A DNA stretch of 64,000 nucleotides from Patescibacteria group bacterium UBA1406 (GCA_002305675.1 DBQA01000007.1:174653-238652); one strand, 5' to 3'. Shown: positions 24,659 to 35,399, numbered from the stretch's first letter. Translations and numbers: made by a program. The notes: generated from the sequence alone by a model not told the origin.

Positions 24659-26137
24659 ATGTCTGTTGCTGAGGGCCTAAATTCAGACCGGTTGACCTTA
24701 AGGGAAAAGATCTCCCGCTTTCCGGAGGCAATGGAGGGCGCGCCTTCCTCGTGGTGGCGGCAAACCGCCCGCACCCTGATGCGCTTTGAGCGCGAACTGG
24801 GCGACTTCAGCGACCCCGCCATGCGGGCCTATTTCCAAGCCCAGATCGACAGGGCCAAAGCCTATTTGAGGACAGGTGCCAGCCGTCCGGCCGGGAACGA
24901 CAGCGAGATCGCCCATGCCGCCGAAGACCTGATCATGCAGCTCTCCATGGAGATGGCCATCCGTTTCGAGCCCAAGATAGAGGAGATGGAAACCCATTTT
25001 ATCGGCCTTGCGGACCTTACGGCCATGCACCCGGACAGGTTCCAGACCCACCGCATTCCTTTGAACGGCGGCCATGCCACCATTCTGCGCGTCAAACACC
25101 CTGTCGAGGACTCCTGGCAGGAGATCCCCCTTCCCGAAAACGAGAAGATCTGGCACAAGGGCGGCCCGGCCCGGGCGGTTTTGAACGCGGTGGCGAACGC
25201 CCCCCTGTCCATGCAGAAGAGCGAGTTCCCCTGGAACGACCTCGATGTGGTGGTGGCGGGCGACGAGCAAAGGGGCGCTCACGTTTCCTGCCTGATCGGG
25301 GTGGATCCGGAAGGCATCGAGCACATGGGTGAGGAGGATCTGAACTTCGAGCGCTTCTGCCTAGGCCGGGATACAGAGCAGAATCAGGTCTGTTTGGGGG
25401 CAGACGGCCTGTATTTTTCCGAGGCTGCCTACCAATCTTCCCTGACCGGGCACGTGGACATCGTCGGCGAATATATGGCCAACAAGGCCATCTACGGCAC
25501 GGACAAGGTGGTCCTGGACAGCATTACCATGGCCAAGGCGCGGGGGCTGATGCGGCTCGTGAAGGTCGTTGTGGAGGGTAAGGCCCTGTCCTTCCCCTAC
25601 AAGCCCGTCAACGCGAACCTCGACATGGGTATCTATTCCCTGTTTCTGGCCCGTAAATGGGCTAAGAAAGATAGATTCCCCGAATATATGCAACGGATGT
25701 ACGAAGTACTCCGGCAGATGGGCCAGGTCAGGCAGGGCGAGAAGAATATGCGCCAGGTTCTGGAGCGGGCACACCGCGAGTACCCGTTCTTCAACTTCGA
25801 CAGCGACATCAACGACTTCGTGGACCTGGTGCGCTGGAAATCCCGGAAGCTCGCCAAACAGGTGGACAGGGAAACCGCCTGGCAGTTCGGCCTGCCCACC
25901 GACCTCAAGCTCGAGCGCCGGCCGGGCGATGACCAGCCCTACAACATCTTCCTGAACGGTTTTCAGCCGGACGCGGCGGAAAGCGCCGAGGCATGGCCCT
26001 GGTGGGAACGGTTCCTGGAAGAGTCCAAAGCCCGGACGGCCAGGTTCGAAGCCTCGGGCGTCACCTATATGCAAAGGCTGTTCATCAAGTCGGAAGAGAT
26101 CAACGACGCCCCACCCGACAACATCCGCCTGGAATAA
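24659..26137 (+). CDS. hypothetical protein, possible nucleotidyltransferase-fold core
   Basis: 492 aa. HKGGPARAVLNAV...NDLDVVVAG loosely resembles the GG...DxD of Pol-beta-type/CCA-adding nucleotidyltransferases, but the spacing is longer than usual. Confidence 0.55.
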   Translation: MSVAEGLNSDRLTLREKISRFPEAMEGAPSSWWRQTARTLMRFERELGDFSDPAMRAYFQAQIDRAKAYLRTGASRPAGNDSEIAHAAEDLIMQLSMEMAIRFEPKIEEMETHFIGLADLTAMHPDRFQTHRIPLNGGHATILRVKHPVEDSWQEIPLPENEKIWHKGGPARAVLNAVANAPLSMQKSEFPWNDLDVVVAGDEQRGAHVSCLIGVDPEGIEHMGEEDLNFERFCLGRDTEQNQVCLGADGLYFSEAAYQSSLTGHVDIVGEYMANKAIYGTDKVVLDSITMAKARGLMRLVKVVVEGKALSFPYKPVNANLDMGIYSLFLARKWAKKDRFPEYMQRMYEVLRQMGQVRQGEKNMRQVLERAHREYPFFNFDSDINDFVDLVRWKSRKLAKQVDRETAWQFGLPTDLKLERRPGDDQPYNIFLNGFQPDAAESAEAWPWWERFLEESKARTARFEASGVTYMQRLFIKSEEINDAPPDNIRLE

Positions 26138-26144
26138 GATTCAA

Positions 26145-26759
26145 CTAGTCCTTTGGGACAATCTCGGCCGCGAAGGTGACATGGTGGCGGAACGGCTCGC
26201 CATAGTTGCCGAGCCGCCTGAGAACGAGTCCCTCGATATGCTCGTCCCTGTCCCGCATCCGGCTGAGGGAGATGCTTTCCGCCGTCGAGAATTCGTCCTT
26301 CCCGGGGTCCGCCTGTTCGTTCAACTGCCACCGTTTCCCGACTGACAGCGTGCCCCGGAAGGAGTGATCGGCGGCGAGCAGGGCGTCCCTGGTCTGCCCG
26401 TAGCCGTAGCGACGGCCGGTGCCATTGTCCTGTCCCAGATAGACGCTGATGTCCGCCCGCCACACACTGCGGCTCGGGTTGTGCCTGGACCGGGGGGAAT
26501 AGAAAAGCACCCGGTAGTTGCTGACCTCGGGGAGGAGGCCATAGGCCAGGTTATTGGTCAGAAGGCAGGCCGAATTGAACAGGTAGAGGGCTTTCCTCTC
26601 CGCTTCCTGACCGGGGCTCGACCGCTCGAAGAACCAGTCGAACACGGCCTGGTAATAGCCGGGCAGGTTCCTCGCCTTAATGAATGAGGCCAGGTGATCG
26701 AGCCGCCGGCCCTCGGGTGACAGGTCCCTGTTCAGTAAATTTTTTTCCGCCAGCGTCAT
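26145..26759 (-). CDS. hypothetical protein
   Basis: 204-aa ORF with no recognisable motif. Confidence 0.5.
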   Translation of the reverse strand: MTLAEKNLLNRDLSPEGRRLDHLASFIKARNLPGYYQAVFDWFFERSSPGQEAERKALYLFNSACLLTNNLAYGLLPEVSNYRVLFYSPRSRHNPSRSVWRADISVYLGQDNGTGRRYGYGQTRDALLAADHSFRGTLSVGKRWQLNEQADPGKDEFSTAESISLSRMRDRDEHIEGLVLRRLGNYGEPFRHHVTFAAEIVPKD

Positions 26760-26859
26760 GGTGCCCCATTATACACTACAACAAAGGTCTTAACGTTATC
26801 CTTTGCCATTCTCACCGGCCGCTTACACTATTGTTCTAGAGTGTGTACCTTATAAGCCT

Positions 26860-27345
26860 ATGTTCAGTCCTGAGTTCCTCCGCCATTTTCGCGAGACCTT
26901 CTGGAAGAGGAACCGCCTCCCCGACCTCGGCCGGGAGGAACATTTCATCTACGAGCATGACCCGTACCAGTTCATCATCCTCAAGGAGAACCTCTTCTCC
27001 ATCCCCCATGCTTACAAAATCCCTTTCCCGGCCGGACCCTACATTCAGACCGGCCTCCTGACCCATCTCGCGCTGAGAATGGACCTGAGGGCCAGAGAGA
27101 GACCCTTCATCCCCGTGTCCGAATGGGCAATGTACGAGTATGTGGATTTCCTGAGCGGCCTGGACCGCGAAGTGGAGTGCGGGGCCGATCTTAAGGGGAT
27201 AGTGGCCGACGAACTGGAGCTGGCTGCCCCTGGCTTCAGAAATGTCCTTTTTCCCAAGCGGCAGTTTTTGCCCCTGCCCCAGGTGATGGGCATGGCAGAC
27301 GTCATCATTCCCCAAAGGATAACCAGGCTGAGAAGGCGGTCGTGA
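26860..27345 (+). CDS. hypothetical protein
   Basis: ORF 26803..27345 (TTG start). I prefer the ATG at 26860 (MFSPEFLRHF...). No recognisable motif. Confidence 0.45.
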   Translation: MFSPEFLRHFRETFWKRNRLPDLGREEHFIYEHDPYQFIILKENLFSIPHAYKIPFPAGPYIQTGLLTHLALRMDLRARERPFIPVSEWAMYEYVDFLSGLDREVECGADLKGIVADELELAAPGFRNVLFPKRQFLPLPQVMGMADVIIPQRITRLRRRS

Positions 27346-27349
27346 AAAA

Positions 27350-27670
27350 TCAAAGAGAGCCCTGGCCGTTCGGACCGACGGTCCGTTTGTGGAGGGCGCT
27401 GGCATAGGCGCCGAAGCAGGCACCGCCCGGCAGGGTCCAGTGCCGGCCGTCAAAATACAGGCAGGCGTCCTGGTCCGGCCGCACCCGGTATTCGTTCAGG
27501 CCCTTTGCCTTCCGGCCGGTGGCATCGGCCAGGAAGCTTTCCTGCACTACGCCGCGGCCGCTCCGGACCGGATAGATGACCGTCCCGGCAGGCACTTCAT
27601 AGACAGTGATGTTTTCTTTGCCGGCCTCGGCCAGACCGATCTGGACCGGCAGCCCTTCCCTACCCCTCAT
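27350..27670 (-). CDS. hypothetical protein
   Basis: 106-aa ORF with no recognisable motif. Confidence 0.4.
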   Translation of the reverse strand: MRGREGLPVQIGLAEAGKENITVYEVPAGTVIYPVRSGRGVVQESFLADATGRKAKGLNEYRVRPDQDACLYFDGRHWTLPGGACFGAYASALHKRTVGPNGQGSL

Positions 27671-27696
27671 ATGCGGATTATTATACCAAGAAGAAG

Positions 27697-29580
27697 TTAG
27701 AAAACGTAGGTCGTGTCCTTGATCAGGGTGTCAAACTGCTCTTCTTTTCCGTAGCCGACGACCATTTCCATTTCGTCTATCCCCGGCTGTTTCTGGACCA
27801 GGAGACGATACTCTTTCCCGTCTATAACGCTCGCCGGAATCTCATAGCTCACCTTCACCACCGCCTTGCCCAGGGGGTTGACGGTCATGTAGCCTTCAAA
27901 CACTTGTTTGCCAAGCTCCTCATATTCCTGCACCTCTCTTTGCGAGCCGACAAAGCTGACGAGCCTGGCCCCTTTGGGCACATAGACCCTTAGCCAGTTC
28001 CTTAACGGTGCGTTCAGGCACAAGCCCCCCCGCTCCTCGTTGCAGTCCGAGGCCGGATAGATGTTTCGGTATTCCAGTGTCAGCTCCCGGAAGTATTTGT
28101 CCCCTTTCCTTTCGGTATGGGATTCGACCTTATATTTCAGGTACATATTGGACTTCGCCCCGGCGAAGTTGGTGTTGTTGATATGCAGGTAGTCGCCGTC
28201 AAAATTCTGGACGCGGCCGGCGAAGTTCAGCGACTCCATCGCCTTCTGGGAGGCCTGGTCCTTGAAATTGACCAGGATGTGCTTTTCCTCAAGCTCCCCG
28301 ATATAGGAACTCATCAGCGGCCCCCAGTACTGCGAAGGGGACACGCCCAAGGCCTTCTGCATCAGGTTGTAGAGAAGAACGCTCAAAATGCTTTTGCGGG
28401 CTTCCTTCAGGTAGCCGACCGGCCGGGTGATCTCATTTTCCAGTTCATAAATGGCCTGGGGGCAGTCGCAGCGGGGGTCCACTTCCGCGTTAAAGGTAAT
28501 GCCGTTTGCCTCCGTAGGCCCGAGGATCTCCAAAGTCCGTACCAAGACCTGGGTGTCGATGGAGATGATCCCGTCATAGTCCAGATTGCGGCTTGATCGC
28601 TCCATCAGTTCCTCGAAATACTCGATGGACTTGGGATAGTCCGGTGACAGGTTGCTGTCGCGAACATTGAAGGTGGAGACGCCCTTATGGTAGGTCAGTA
28701 TCTCCCGCGGCGCTCGGGGGTGGCTCGCGAGGGTGTTGTCCAGCTCGTAGATATCCGAGGATTCCTTCACGGTTATCTTGCCCCGGTCCACGGAAAAGAT
28801 GGCATAGGCGGTGATGAAGCCCCCCGTCGGCCTAAGTTCCGCATCGTTCAGAAAAAGGACCAGGTATTTCCTTTCCTCGTCCTTGCCGAGAATATAGGGC
28901 AGCCGCTTGAAGAGGGGTTTGGCGTCTATGGCGAGCGTCAGTCCGTCAAAGACCTGGTCATACACCTGCCTGACCCTTTCCCTGACCACCTTTTTGCCTA
29001 GTTTGGCCGGGTAGCGGTCCGGATTTATCCGGGCCAGGTACACTTTTGCCTGCTCGAGGTCGGCTTCTATCCCGTCCACCTTCGGGACCAGCTTGTCTAT
29101 GGTCAGGATGGCCGTCTCCAGCCTCTTCTCCGTCGGCTGATCGGCAAACTCCGTTCCCTTTTTGAAGCCTAAGAGATCGGCGTAGGGCTCGATGGCCGCC
29201 ACCGTCTGGTCCGCGGCTGACAAAAGGTAGGTGGCCGCTTCCAGCCCGTTCCCGGCATCCGAGAGCATAAAGCCGACAAAAGGGGTGTACTTGTAGAGGT
29301 AAAGGAAGCGGATATCCTTTTTCAGGAGCGCCACCTCGCTTTGGAGCTTTTTGACGTTCGCCTGCATGAGCGGCAGGTCCTGATCCTTGGCCGCGGCCTT
29401 GGTTTCGGCCGCTATCGCCTTCAGGGTGGTCAGGCGGGCATTCGCTTTCTGGATGGGGCGGATGAGAGTCAGATAGAAAAAAAGGATCACTACCACCGTC
29501 GCTCCCCACAGGGTATAAAGCTGTTTTTTGGTCAGTTTGATTTTCCCGCCGAAAACGCGGGTAGCCGTCCTTCTTTTCAT
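27697..29580 (-). CDS. DUF4012 domain-containing membrane-anchored protein
   Basis: 627 aa with an N-terminal TM. FLNDAELRPTGGFITAYAIF is the signature block of DUF4012 proteins. Confidence 0.75.
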   Translation of the reverse strand: MKRRTATRVFGGKIKLTKKQLYTLWGATVVVILFFYLTLIRPIQKANARLTTLKAIAAETKAAAKDQDLPLMQANVKKLQSEVALLKKDIRFLYLYKYTPFVGFMLSDAGNGLEAATYLLSAADQTVAAIEPYADLLGFKKGTEFADQPTEKRLETAILTIDKLVPKVDGIEADLEQAKVYLARINPDRYPAKLGKKVVRERVRQVYDQVFDGLTLAIDAKPLFKRLPYILGKDEERKYLVLFLNDAELRPTGGFITAYAIFSVDRGKITVKESSDIYELDNTLASHPRAPREILTYHKGVSTFNVRDSNLSPDYPKSIEYFEELMERSSRNLDYDGIISIDTQVLVRTLEILGPTEANGITFNAEVDPRCDCPQAIYELENEITRPVGYLKEARKSILSVLLYNLMQKALGVSPSQYWGPLMSSYIGELEEKHILVNFKDQASQKAMESLNFAGRVQNFDGDYLHINNTNFAGAKSNMYLKYKVESHTERKGDKYFRELTLEYRNIYPASDCNEERGGLCLNAPLRNWLRVYVPKGARLVSFVGSQREVQEYEELGKQVFEGYMTVNPLGKAVVKVSYEIPASVIDGKEYRLLVQKQPGIDEMEMVVGYGKEEQFDTLIKDTTYVF

Positions 29581-29669
29581 GACTGTTGGTTCATGGGCGG
29601 CGTAGTCCTTTTTCAGGGGGGCCGCGTCCAGAAATCTTCTAATGTCAGTTGCCTGAACTATTAAAAACG

Positions 29670-30338
29670 TCAGACCGCTCCCCGGCCGCTGAGCATGGCC
29701 CAGGGGGTCTTGAAAATTATCTTAATATCATACCATAAAGAGATGTTCCGGACGTATTCTGCGTCCATCTTGATCCGCTTGTCGAAATGCACTTCACTGC
29801 GGCCGTAGACCTGCCAGTAGCCGGTGATGCCCGGCTTGACCTTGAGGGCGGTCTCCAGGTATTTCTTGGCCTCCGGGTGCTTGGCGAGCTGTTCCTTGAT
29901 CTCGTCCGGGTAATAGGCCCGCGGTCCCACCAGACTCATGTCGCCTTTGAGGACGTTCAATATCTGGGGCACCTCGTCCAGGGAATACTTGCGGATGAAC
30001 CGGCCGACGGGCGTCACCCGTGGGTCGTTGTAAAGCTTATAGCTGCTTTTTTTGTAGGTCTCGTAGAGCTCCTTGAACTTCGGGTCGGTGCGAAGTAACT
30101 GGTGGGCGTTCTTGATCATGGAACGGAATTTGTACATCTTGAAGGAACGGCTGTCCTTGCCCACCCGTTCCGGGGTGTCGGCAAAAACGGGCCCGTCCGA
30201 ACAAAGCTTGATCAGGAAAGCCACCGCCAGACTGACCGGCAAAAAAAAGACCGTCAGCACAAGCGAGAGAAGTATGTCCACCACCCTTTTGGTGGTGCGG
30301 GCATACAGCCCTCCGTAGATTAAATTGCCCTTAGACAT
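29670..30338 (-). CDS. sugar phosphotransferase (bacterial sugar transferase family, PglC/WbaP-like)
   Basis: 222 aa with an N-terminal re-entrant helix. It has [31 protein letters not shown] and GITGYWQV. Confidence 0.88.
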   Translation of the reverse strand: MSKGNLIYGGLYARTTKRVVDILLSLVLTVFFLPVSLAVAFLIKLCSDGPVFADTPERVGKDSRSFKMYKFRSMIKNAHQLLRTDPKFKELYETYKKSSYKLYNDPRVTPVGRFIRKYSLDEVPQILNVLKGDMSLVGPRAYYPDEIKEQLAKHPEAKKYLETALKVKPGITGYWQVYGRSEVHFDKRIKMDAEYVRNISLWYDIKIIFKTPWAMLSGRGAV

Positions 30339-30353
30339 AGTTTATGAAACAGA

Positions 30354-31598
30354 TTATTTCTTCCAAAAGTTTACTAAATCGGCTTCGGCGAGTAAAGTCT
30401 GCTCCCCGGTCCGGAGGTTTTTGACCGCCGCCCTGCCTCCACTGGCTTCCGCGGCGCCGATGATGACCGCGAAGGGAATGCCTTTCTTATCCGCGTATTT
30501 GAGTTGCTTGTCGAGCTTGGCTGTATCCGGGTAGACCTCGGCGCTGTAGCCCGCTGCCCTCAGCTGACGGGCCGCGGATAGGGCCTTTTCCGGCTGGTCC
30601 AGGACGGTGACCAGGATCTTTGTGCCAAGGTCGCCTGCGGGGAAGAGCTTGAATTCCTCGGCCGCTTCGATCATCCGGTCTATGCCGTAGGCTACTCCCA
30701 CCGCCGGGACACTGACGCCCGATAATTCCTCGATCAGCCTGTCATACCGGCCGCCGCCCCCGAGAGAGCCGGCATTGTAGCCGGGAACGACGATCTCAAA
30801 GATCATGCCGGTATAGTAATCCAGGCCACGCGCCAGGGTGGGCGAAAACTCCATTGCCTCTGCCGGTACGCCGAGCCCGCGGGCATATTTGACGATCTTT
30901 TCGAGAACGGGACTCATCCCCGCCTCCTTCACCTCTTTTAGCGCCTGTCCGGCCTTCTTTTCTGGCAGACCCTTGCCTACGAGTTCGGCCACCACTTTCT
31001 GCTCCCCTATCTTCTCCAGCTTGTCGATGGTCTGGATGAGGGACAGGACAATGGCACTCTCCGCCGCATACTTTTCCAAACTGGCGAAGAGAAGATTGCG
31101 GTCATTTACCTTGAGCCTGACGCCCGGATAGCCTATTTCCTGAAAGACGGCATAGGTGCAGGCGAGGATCTCCGCATCGGCGATCTCCGAGCGGCTGTTG
31201 AAAATATCGATGTCGAACTGGGTGAACTCGCGGTAGCGTCCTTTCTGGGGTTTATCGGCCCTAAAGACGTTCTGAACCTGGTAGCGGCGGAAGAACCTGG
31301 GGAGCTCGTTCCCATATTGGGCCAGGATGCGGGCTGTCGGTACCGTCTGGTCATACCTCAGGGCCACCTCCCGGCCGCCCTTGTCCGTAAAGGTATAGAC
31401 CAGTTTGTCCGCCTCGGTCCCGTATTTGCCTAATAGTAGCGAGGCGTATTCCAGGGTGGGTGTCTCCAGTGGCTCGAACCCGAACCTTTCGGCCACAGCA
31501 CTAGCCTTCGCCAATAAAAAATCGCGTTTCTTCTTTTCGGCCGGTAAAAAATCGCGGAAACCCTTCAGGGTGCGCAACTCCATGCTCCGTTTGCTCAT
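30354..31598 (-). CDS. hisS: histidine--tRNA ligase
   Basis: 414 aa. It has LKGFRDFLP, ALRYDQTVP, RRYQVQNVFRADKPQKGRYREFTQFDIDI and GGGRYD. Confidence 0.92.
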   Translation of the reverse strand: MSKRSMELRTLKGFRDFLPAEKKKRDFLLAKASAVAERFGFEPLETPTLEYASLLLGKYGTEADKLVYTFTDKGGREVALRYDQTVPTARILAQYGNELPRFFRRYQVQNVFRADKPQKGRYREFTQFDIDIFNSRSEIADAEILACTYAVFQEIGYPGVRLKVNDRNLLFASLEKYAAESAIVLSLIQTIDKLEKIGEQKVVAELVGKGLPEKKAGQALKEVKEAGMSPVLEKIVKYARGLGVPAEAMEFSPTLARGLDYYTGMIFEIVVPGYNAGSLGGGGRYDRLIEELSGVSVPAVGVAYGIDRMIEAAEEFKLFPAGDLGTKILVTVLDQPEKALSAARQLRAAGYSAEVYPDTAKLDKQLKYADKKGIPFAVIIGAAEASGGRAAVKNLRTGEQTLLAEADLVNFWKK

Positions 31599-31614
31599 GG
31601 GTTAATTATACCAG

Positions 31615-32586
31615 CTACGCCTTTTCGGCGCTATTCTGGAACACTTTTTTGATGACCTCCTCAATCGGCTCGTCCTCCAGGGTGAAGTCGGAGTAGTCGA
31701 GACGGGGCAAAAAGGTCTGCATGAGTTTGAGAAGCTTTTCTTTGGGGGCCCTGATCTTCAGGACGGGATAGCCGTACTCGTAGGGCAGGTCCAGTCCTTT
31801 CAGGAGTTCGGGACTGACCTTTTGGCGAAGCGCTATCTGGATCTCCTTTTCCCGCGAAAACCTGCCCACCATCCGGGAGAGCAGCCCGTCGAAGATGACG
31901 TTCCCGCGGTCGATCATGAGCACCCGCCTGGCCAGACGCTGGATGTCCTTCATATAGTGGGAGGTGAGGATGATGGTCGCCTTGTACTTACGCTGGTACT
32001 CCCGGATGAAATTGATGATGGTGGTCTGGGCGAAGATGTCCAGGCCGATGGTCGGCTCGTCCAGGAAAAGCACCTTCGGCCGGTGCAAAAGGGCCCCGAT
32101 AAGCTCGGCCCTCATCCTTTGCCCCAGGGACAGACCCCGCACCGGCTGGCCGATGATCTTTTGGGCGTCCAACAGCTCCACCAGCTCGGACAGGTGGCGG
32201 CGGTAGTTCTGGTCGTCTATCTCATAGATGGCCTTGAAAAGCCGGTAGCTGTCCTCGGGCGGCAGTTCCCATAGAAGCTGGTTCTTCTGGCCCATGACGA
32301 AGGCGATCTGTTTCAGGAACTCCTTGCGTTTTTCGAAGGGGGTGAAGCCCAGGACATTCACCTTCCCCGAGGTCGGGTACAGGATGCCGGAGAGGATCTT
32401 GAGGGTGGTGGTCTTGCCGGCGCCGTTAGGGCCGATGAAACCTATCAGCTCGTTGTCCCCGATCTCAAAGCTGATGCCCTTGAGGGCTTTTGTCTCCTCG
32501 TATTCCCGGGCAAAAAAGTCCAGGAACAGGTTGTTCTTCTTGACGTGGGTGCGGTAGATCTTGACCAGGTTGTCGACTTTGATCAT
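31615..32586 (-). CDS. ABC transporter ATP-binding protein
   Basis: 323 aa with Walker A (GPNGAGKTT), signature (LSLGQRMR) and Walker B (VLFLDEPT). Confidence 0.9.
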   Translation of the reverse strand: MIKVDNLVKIYRTHVKKNNLFLDFFAREYEETKALKGISFEIGDNELIGFIGPNGAGKTTTLKILSGILYPTSGKVNVLGFTPFEKRKEFLKQIAFVMGQKNQLLWELPPEDSYRLFKAIYEIDDQNYRRHLSELVELLDAQKIIGQPVRGLSLGQRMRAELIGALLHRPKVLFLDEPTIGLDIFAQTTIINFIREYQRKYKATIILTSHYMKDIQRLARRVLMIDRGNVIFDGLLSRMVGRFSREKEIQIALRQKVSPELLKGLDLPYEYGYPVLKIRAPKEKLLKLMQTFLPRLDYSDFTLEDEPIEEVIKKVFQNSAEKA

Positions 32587-32604
32587 AAAGTTAATTCTAT
32601 CAAC

Positions 32605-33387
32605 TTATCCCCCATAGCTCTGGTACTTTCTTAATGCTCCCCGCCAAGCCAGCAGACTGAAGGAAAAGACGACCAGACCGATGGCAAAGCTGACGGCGAC
32701 GGCCGCCGGAGAGAGGAGGTTGAAAAGCGCCCGGGACGGAAAAGTCATCATCACCCCCACCGGGATGACGAAGGTGATGAGCGTGCGGACCGGCTCGCGG
32801 TAGATGTCTATCGGCAGGATGGCCATCCGGGTGATGTCGCGGTAGATCATGATGGTATGGTCCACCTCGGTGGTCAGGATACCCAAGACCAGAACGAAGA
32901 TATGAAAGCCGGCCGCTATCAGGAGGGCATTCCCTATCAGCATGACATAGAACAGGATGTTCAGGCCCGCCAGCACCCCCGCCGAGACGATGAAATAGGA
33001 AAGGAGCAGCGTATAGGGGACGAGCATGATGGCGTCCATCAGATCCACCCCCCCGAGCAACACCCTCAGGAGCGGATGATAAGGTTTTACCAGAACGGAG
33101 TCGAGCTCCCCCGCCACCACCAGGGAGCGGAAGCGGTACACCTCCCTGAACAATAGCTGGGCCAGAGTGTCGATGATGTTGAAGGTCAGGTAGAAGACAA
33201 GCGTCTGCGCGAGGGTGTAGCCGGCCAGGAGCCGGGTATTGACCAAAAGATAGTAGATGAACAGGAAGAACATGCCGAACCGGATGGCCTTACCCAGGAT
33301 GAAGAAAATGATCCCGGTCCTGTGCTGCAGGGTGGTTTTCAGACTAAAGAGGCTTAACAGCCAGAAGATCTTCAGGTTCCTGCTCAT
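32605..33387 (-). CDS. ABC-2 type transporter permease
   Basis: 260 aa with six predicted TM helices. It overlaps the upstream permease by 4 nt. Confidence 0.75.
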   Translation of the reverse strand: MSRNLKIFWLLSLFSLKTTLQHRTGIIFFILGKAIRFGMFFLFIYYLLVNTRLLAGYTLAQTLVFYLTFNIIDTLAQLLFREVYRFRSLVVAGELDSVLVKPYHPLLRVLLGGVDLMDAIMLVPYTLLLSYFIVSAGVLAGLNILFYVMLIGNALLIAAGFHIFVLVLGILTTEVDHTIMIYRDITRMAILPIDIYREPVRTLITFVIPVGVMMTFPSRALFNLLSPAAVAVSFAIGLVVFSFSLLAWRGALRKYQSYGG

Positions 33388-34175
33388 CGTCCATAAAAAC
33401 TGAACTCTTTAATGCCTTTGCGCCATACCAGCCGCGCGATCAGGTAGGATAGATAGGCCCAGACCGCGGACATGCCCAGCATGACGACGAACTGGGCATT
33501 CGGTCCTTCGATGAATATCTTGGCCGGCAGATAGGCAAAATACGGGAAGGGGGTAAGGAGAAGCAGGTTATAAAGGATGGGCGGCAACACGTCCAGCGGA
33601 TAGTAGCTCCCGGCGAGGACGGTCAGGAGCACGAAATAGACGAACCGCGGGGCCCAGACCTCGGCCGTCCAGAAGGCGATGAGCGAAATGGTCAGCGAGG
33701 TGAAGTAGGCGCTTATCAGACCAAGGCCCGTGCCCAAGGCCATCAACACATAAGCCGAAACGTCCGTCTGGACAAAAAAGTCCGGCCGGAAAAGGACCAC
33801 TAACAGGACTATCTCCAATCCCGAAAAGACGATATTTATCAGCTTGTCCACGAACTCGCGGGCGAACATGAATTGGAAGAGATGGATGGGGCGGATGAGA
33901 AAGTTGATGATGTCGCCGTTCCGGATGTAGTTGGCCAGGTCGCCCGTACGGCTGGAAAAGACGATGTCGCCCAGGAAATAAATGAGGAGGACATAAGTGA
34001 TCATCTGCTCCTGGCTGTAACCGAAGAGACTGGCCCGGCCGGAAAAGACCGCCGTCCACAAAAAGTAGACGAACAGAAGGTTCAGGACCACTCTGAGGCG
34101 CCAGAGAATAAAGCTCAGGCGGTAAACGAGGTACTGGCTCAGGGAAACCCTGACCACCTGGATATACTTCTCCAT
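33384..34175 (-). CDS. ABC-2 type transporter permease
   Basis: 263 aa, multi-TM, in an operon with the ATPase. Confidence 0.75.
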   Translation of the reverse strand: MEKYIQVVRVSLSQYLVYRLSFILWRLRVVLNLLFVYFLWTAVFSGRASLFGYSQEQMITYVLLIYFLGDIVFSSRTGDLANYIRNGDIINFLIRPIHLFQFMFAREFVDKLINIVFSGLEIVLLVVLFRPDFFVQTDVSAYVLMALGTGLGLISAYFTSLTISLIAFWTAEVWAPRFVYFVLLTVLAGSYYPLDVLPPILYNLLLLTPFPYFAYLPAKIFIEGPNAQFVVMLGMSAVWAYLSYLIARLVWRKGIKEFSFYGR

Positions 34176-34187
34176 ATATAAAGGTTA

Positions 34188-35399
34188 TCAAACAAATGTC
34201 AGCGCCGTGCCCTCGTTGTTCGCCCGGCCCGTCCTGCCTATACGGTGAATGTAGTCCTCATATGTTTGGGGAGCGTCGTAGTTGATGACATGGGAAACGC
34301 TGTCTATGTCCAGTCCCCGCGCGGCAACATCGGTCGCCACCAAGACCCGGACCCGGTTTTCTTTAAACAGCCTGATCGCCTCATAGCGTTTGGGTTGGGT
34401 TTTGTTGCCATGGATTGAGGCTACCTTAAAGCCTCTTTGTGACAATTCGCGGTACAGCTTCTCCACGCCGCGCTTGGTACGCCCAAAAACGAGCACCTTG
34501 GTGAATTCGGCTTGGCTGAGGAGAGCCCCTAGTTTTTCGAGCTTGGTATCCCCGTGCTCCACTTTGACCGTTTCCTGGCGGATATGGCTGACCGTTTCCT
34601 GAGTCTTGACCGAAACCGTCACCGCATTCTTCACAAAGGCCTGGATCAGCCGGTTGATAGGCATAGAGATGGTGGCCGAGAAAAACAGCGACTGCCTGCT
34701 CGGCGAAAGGCAGGATATGATCTGCCTGACGTCATTGATAAAGCCCATGTCCAGCATACGGTCGGCCTCATCCAGAACGACCATCCGGAACCTGTCCAGC
34801 TTCAGCCGGCGGCGGGAGATCAGATCCTTCAAACGCCCGGGAGTGCCGATCACTACCTGCGGGTCGCGGTCCAGCTGGCTGATCTGCCTGTGCATGGACG
34901 ACTGGCCGATGCAAAGCGCGCTCAGAATATCCATGCCGTGGGAGAGCAAAGCAAGCTCCTCACGGATCTGCAGGGCCAGCTCCCGTGTCGGTGTTATGAT
35001 GAGCGACCGGTGTCCCCTGTCATTCAGTATCTGCTCAATAAGCGGGATCAAAAAAGCGGCGGTCTTGCCCGTGCCCGTATTGGCAATGCCGATGATGTCG
35101 CGCCCTTCACGGATGGCCGGAATGCCTTTAGCCTGGATCGGGGTAAAGCCCGTGTATCCGCGCCGCCGGATATTGGCCAAAAGGGAAGCGGGCAGGTCCA
35201 GTTCCTGGATAGGCATTTGTGCCTGGGAAACCGCTTCGGTGGCCTGATAGCTCTTTTGGCTGGCCCGTTCTATATACCCATAAACGGAAGTGCTTTCACT
35301 GGCATAATTTCCCCTTCCGTAACGGCTGTAACCGTTCCCACCCCTGCCTCGGCCGAAACGGGTGGCCGGCCTCCTTTTGTAGTTGTTATTCATACTCAA
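34188..35399 (-). CDS. DEAD-box ATP-dependent RNA helicase
   Basis: 403 aa. It has a Q motif region, GTGKTAAF, DEAD (VLDEADRM), SAT and HRIGRTGR, plus a basic Gly/Arg-rich N-terminus. Confidence 0.92.
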   Translation of the reverse strand: MSMNNNYKRRPATRFGRGRGGNGYSRYGRGNYASESTSVYGYIERASQKSYQATEAVSQAQMPIQELDLPASLLANIRRRGYTGFTPIQAKGIPAIREGRDIIGIANTGTGKTAAFLIPLIEQILNDRGHRSLIITPTRELALQIREELALLSHGMDILSALCIGQSSMHRQISQLDRDPQVVIGTPGRLKDLISRRRLKLDRFRMVVLDEADRMLDMGFINDVRQIISCLSPSRQSLFFSATISMPINRLIQAFVKNAVTVSVKTQETVSHIRQETVKVEHGDTKLEKLGALLSQAEFTKVLVFGRTKRGVEKLYRELSQRGFKVASIHGNKTQPKRYEAIRLFKENRVRVLVATDVAARGLDIDSVSHVINYDAPQTYEDYIHRIGRTGRANNEGTALTFV

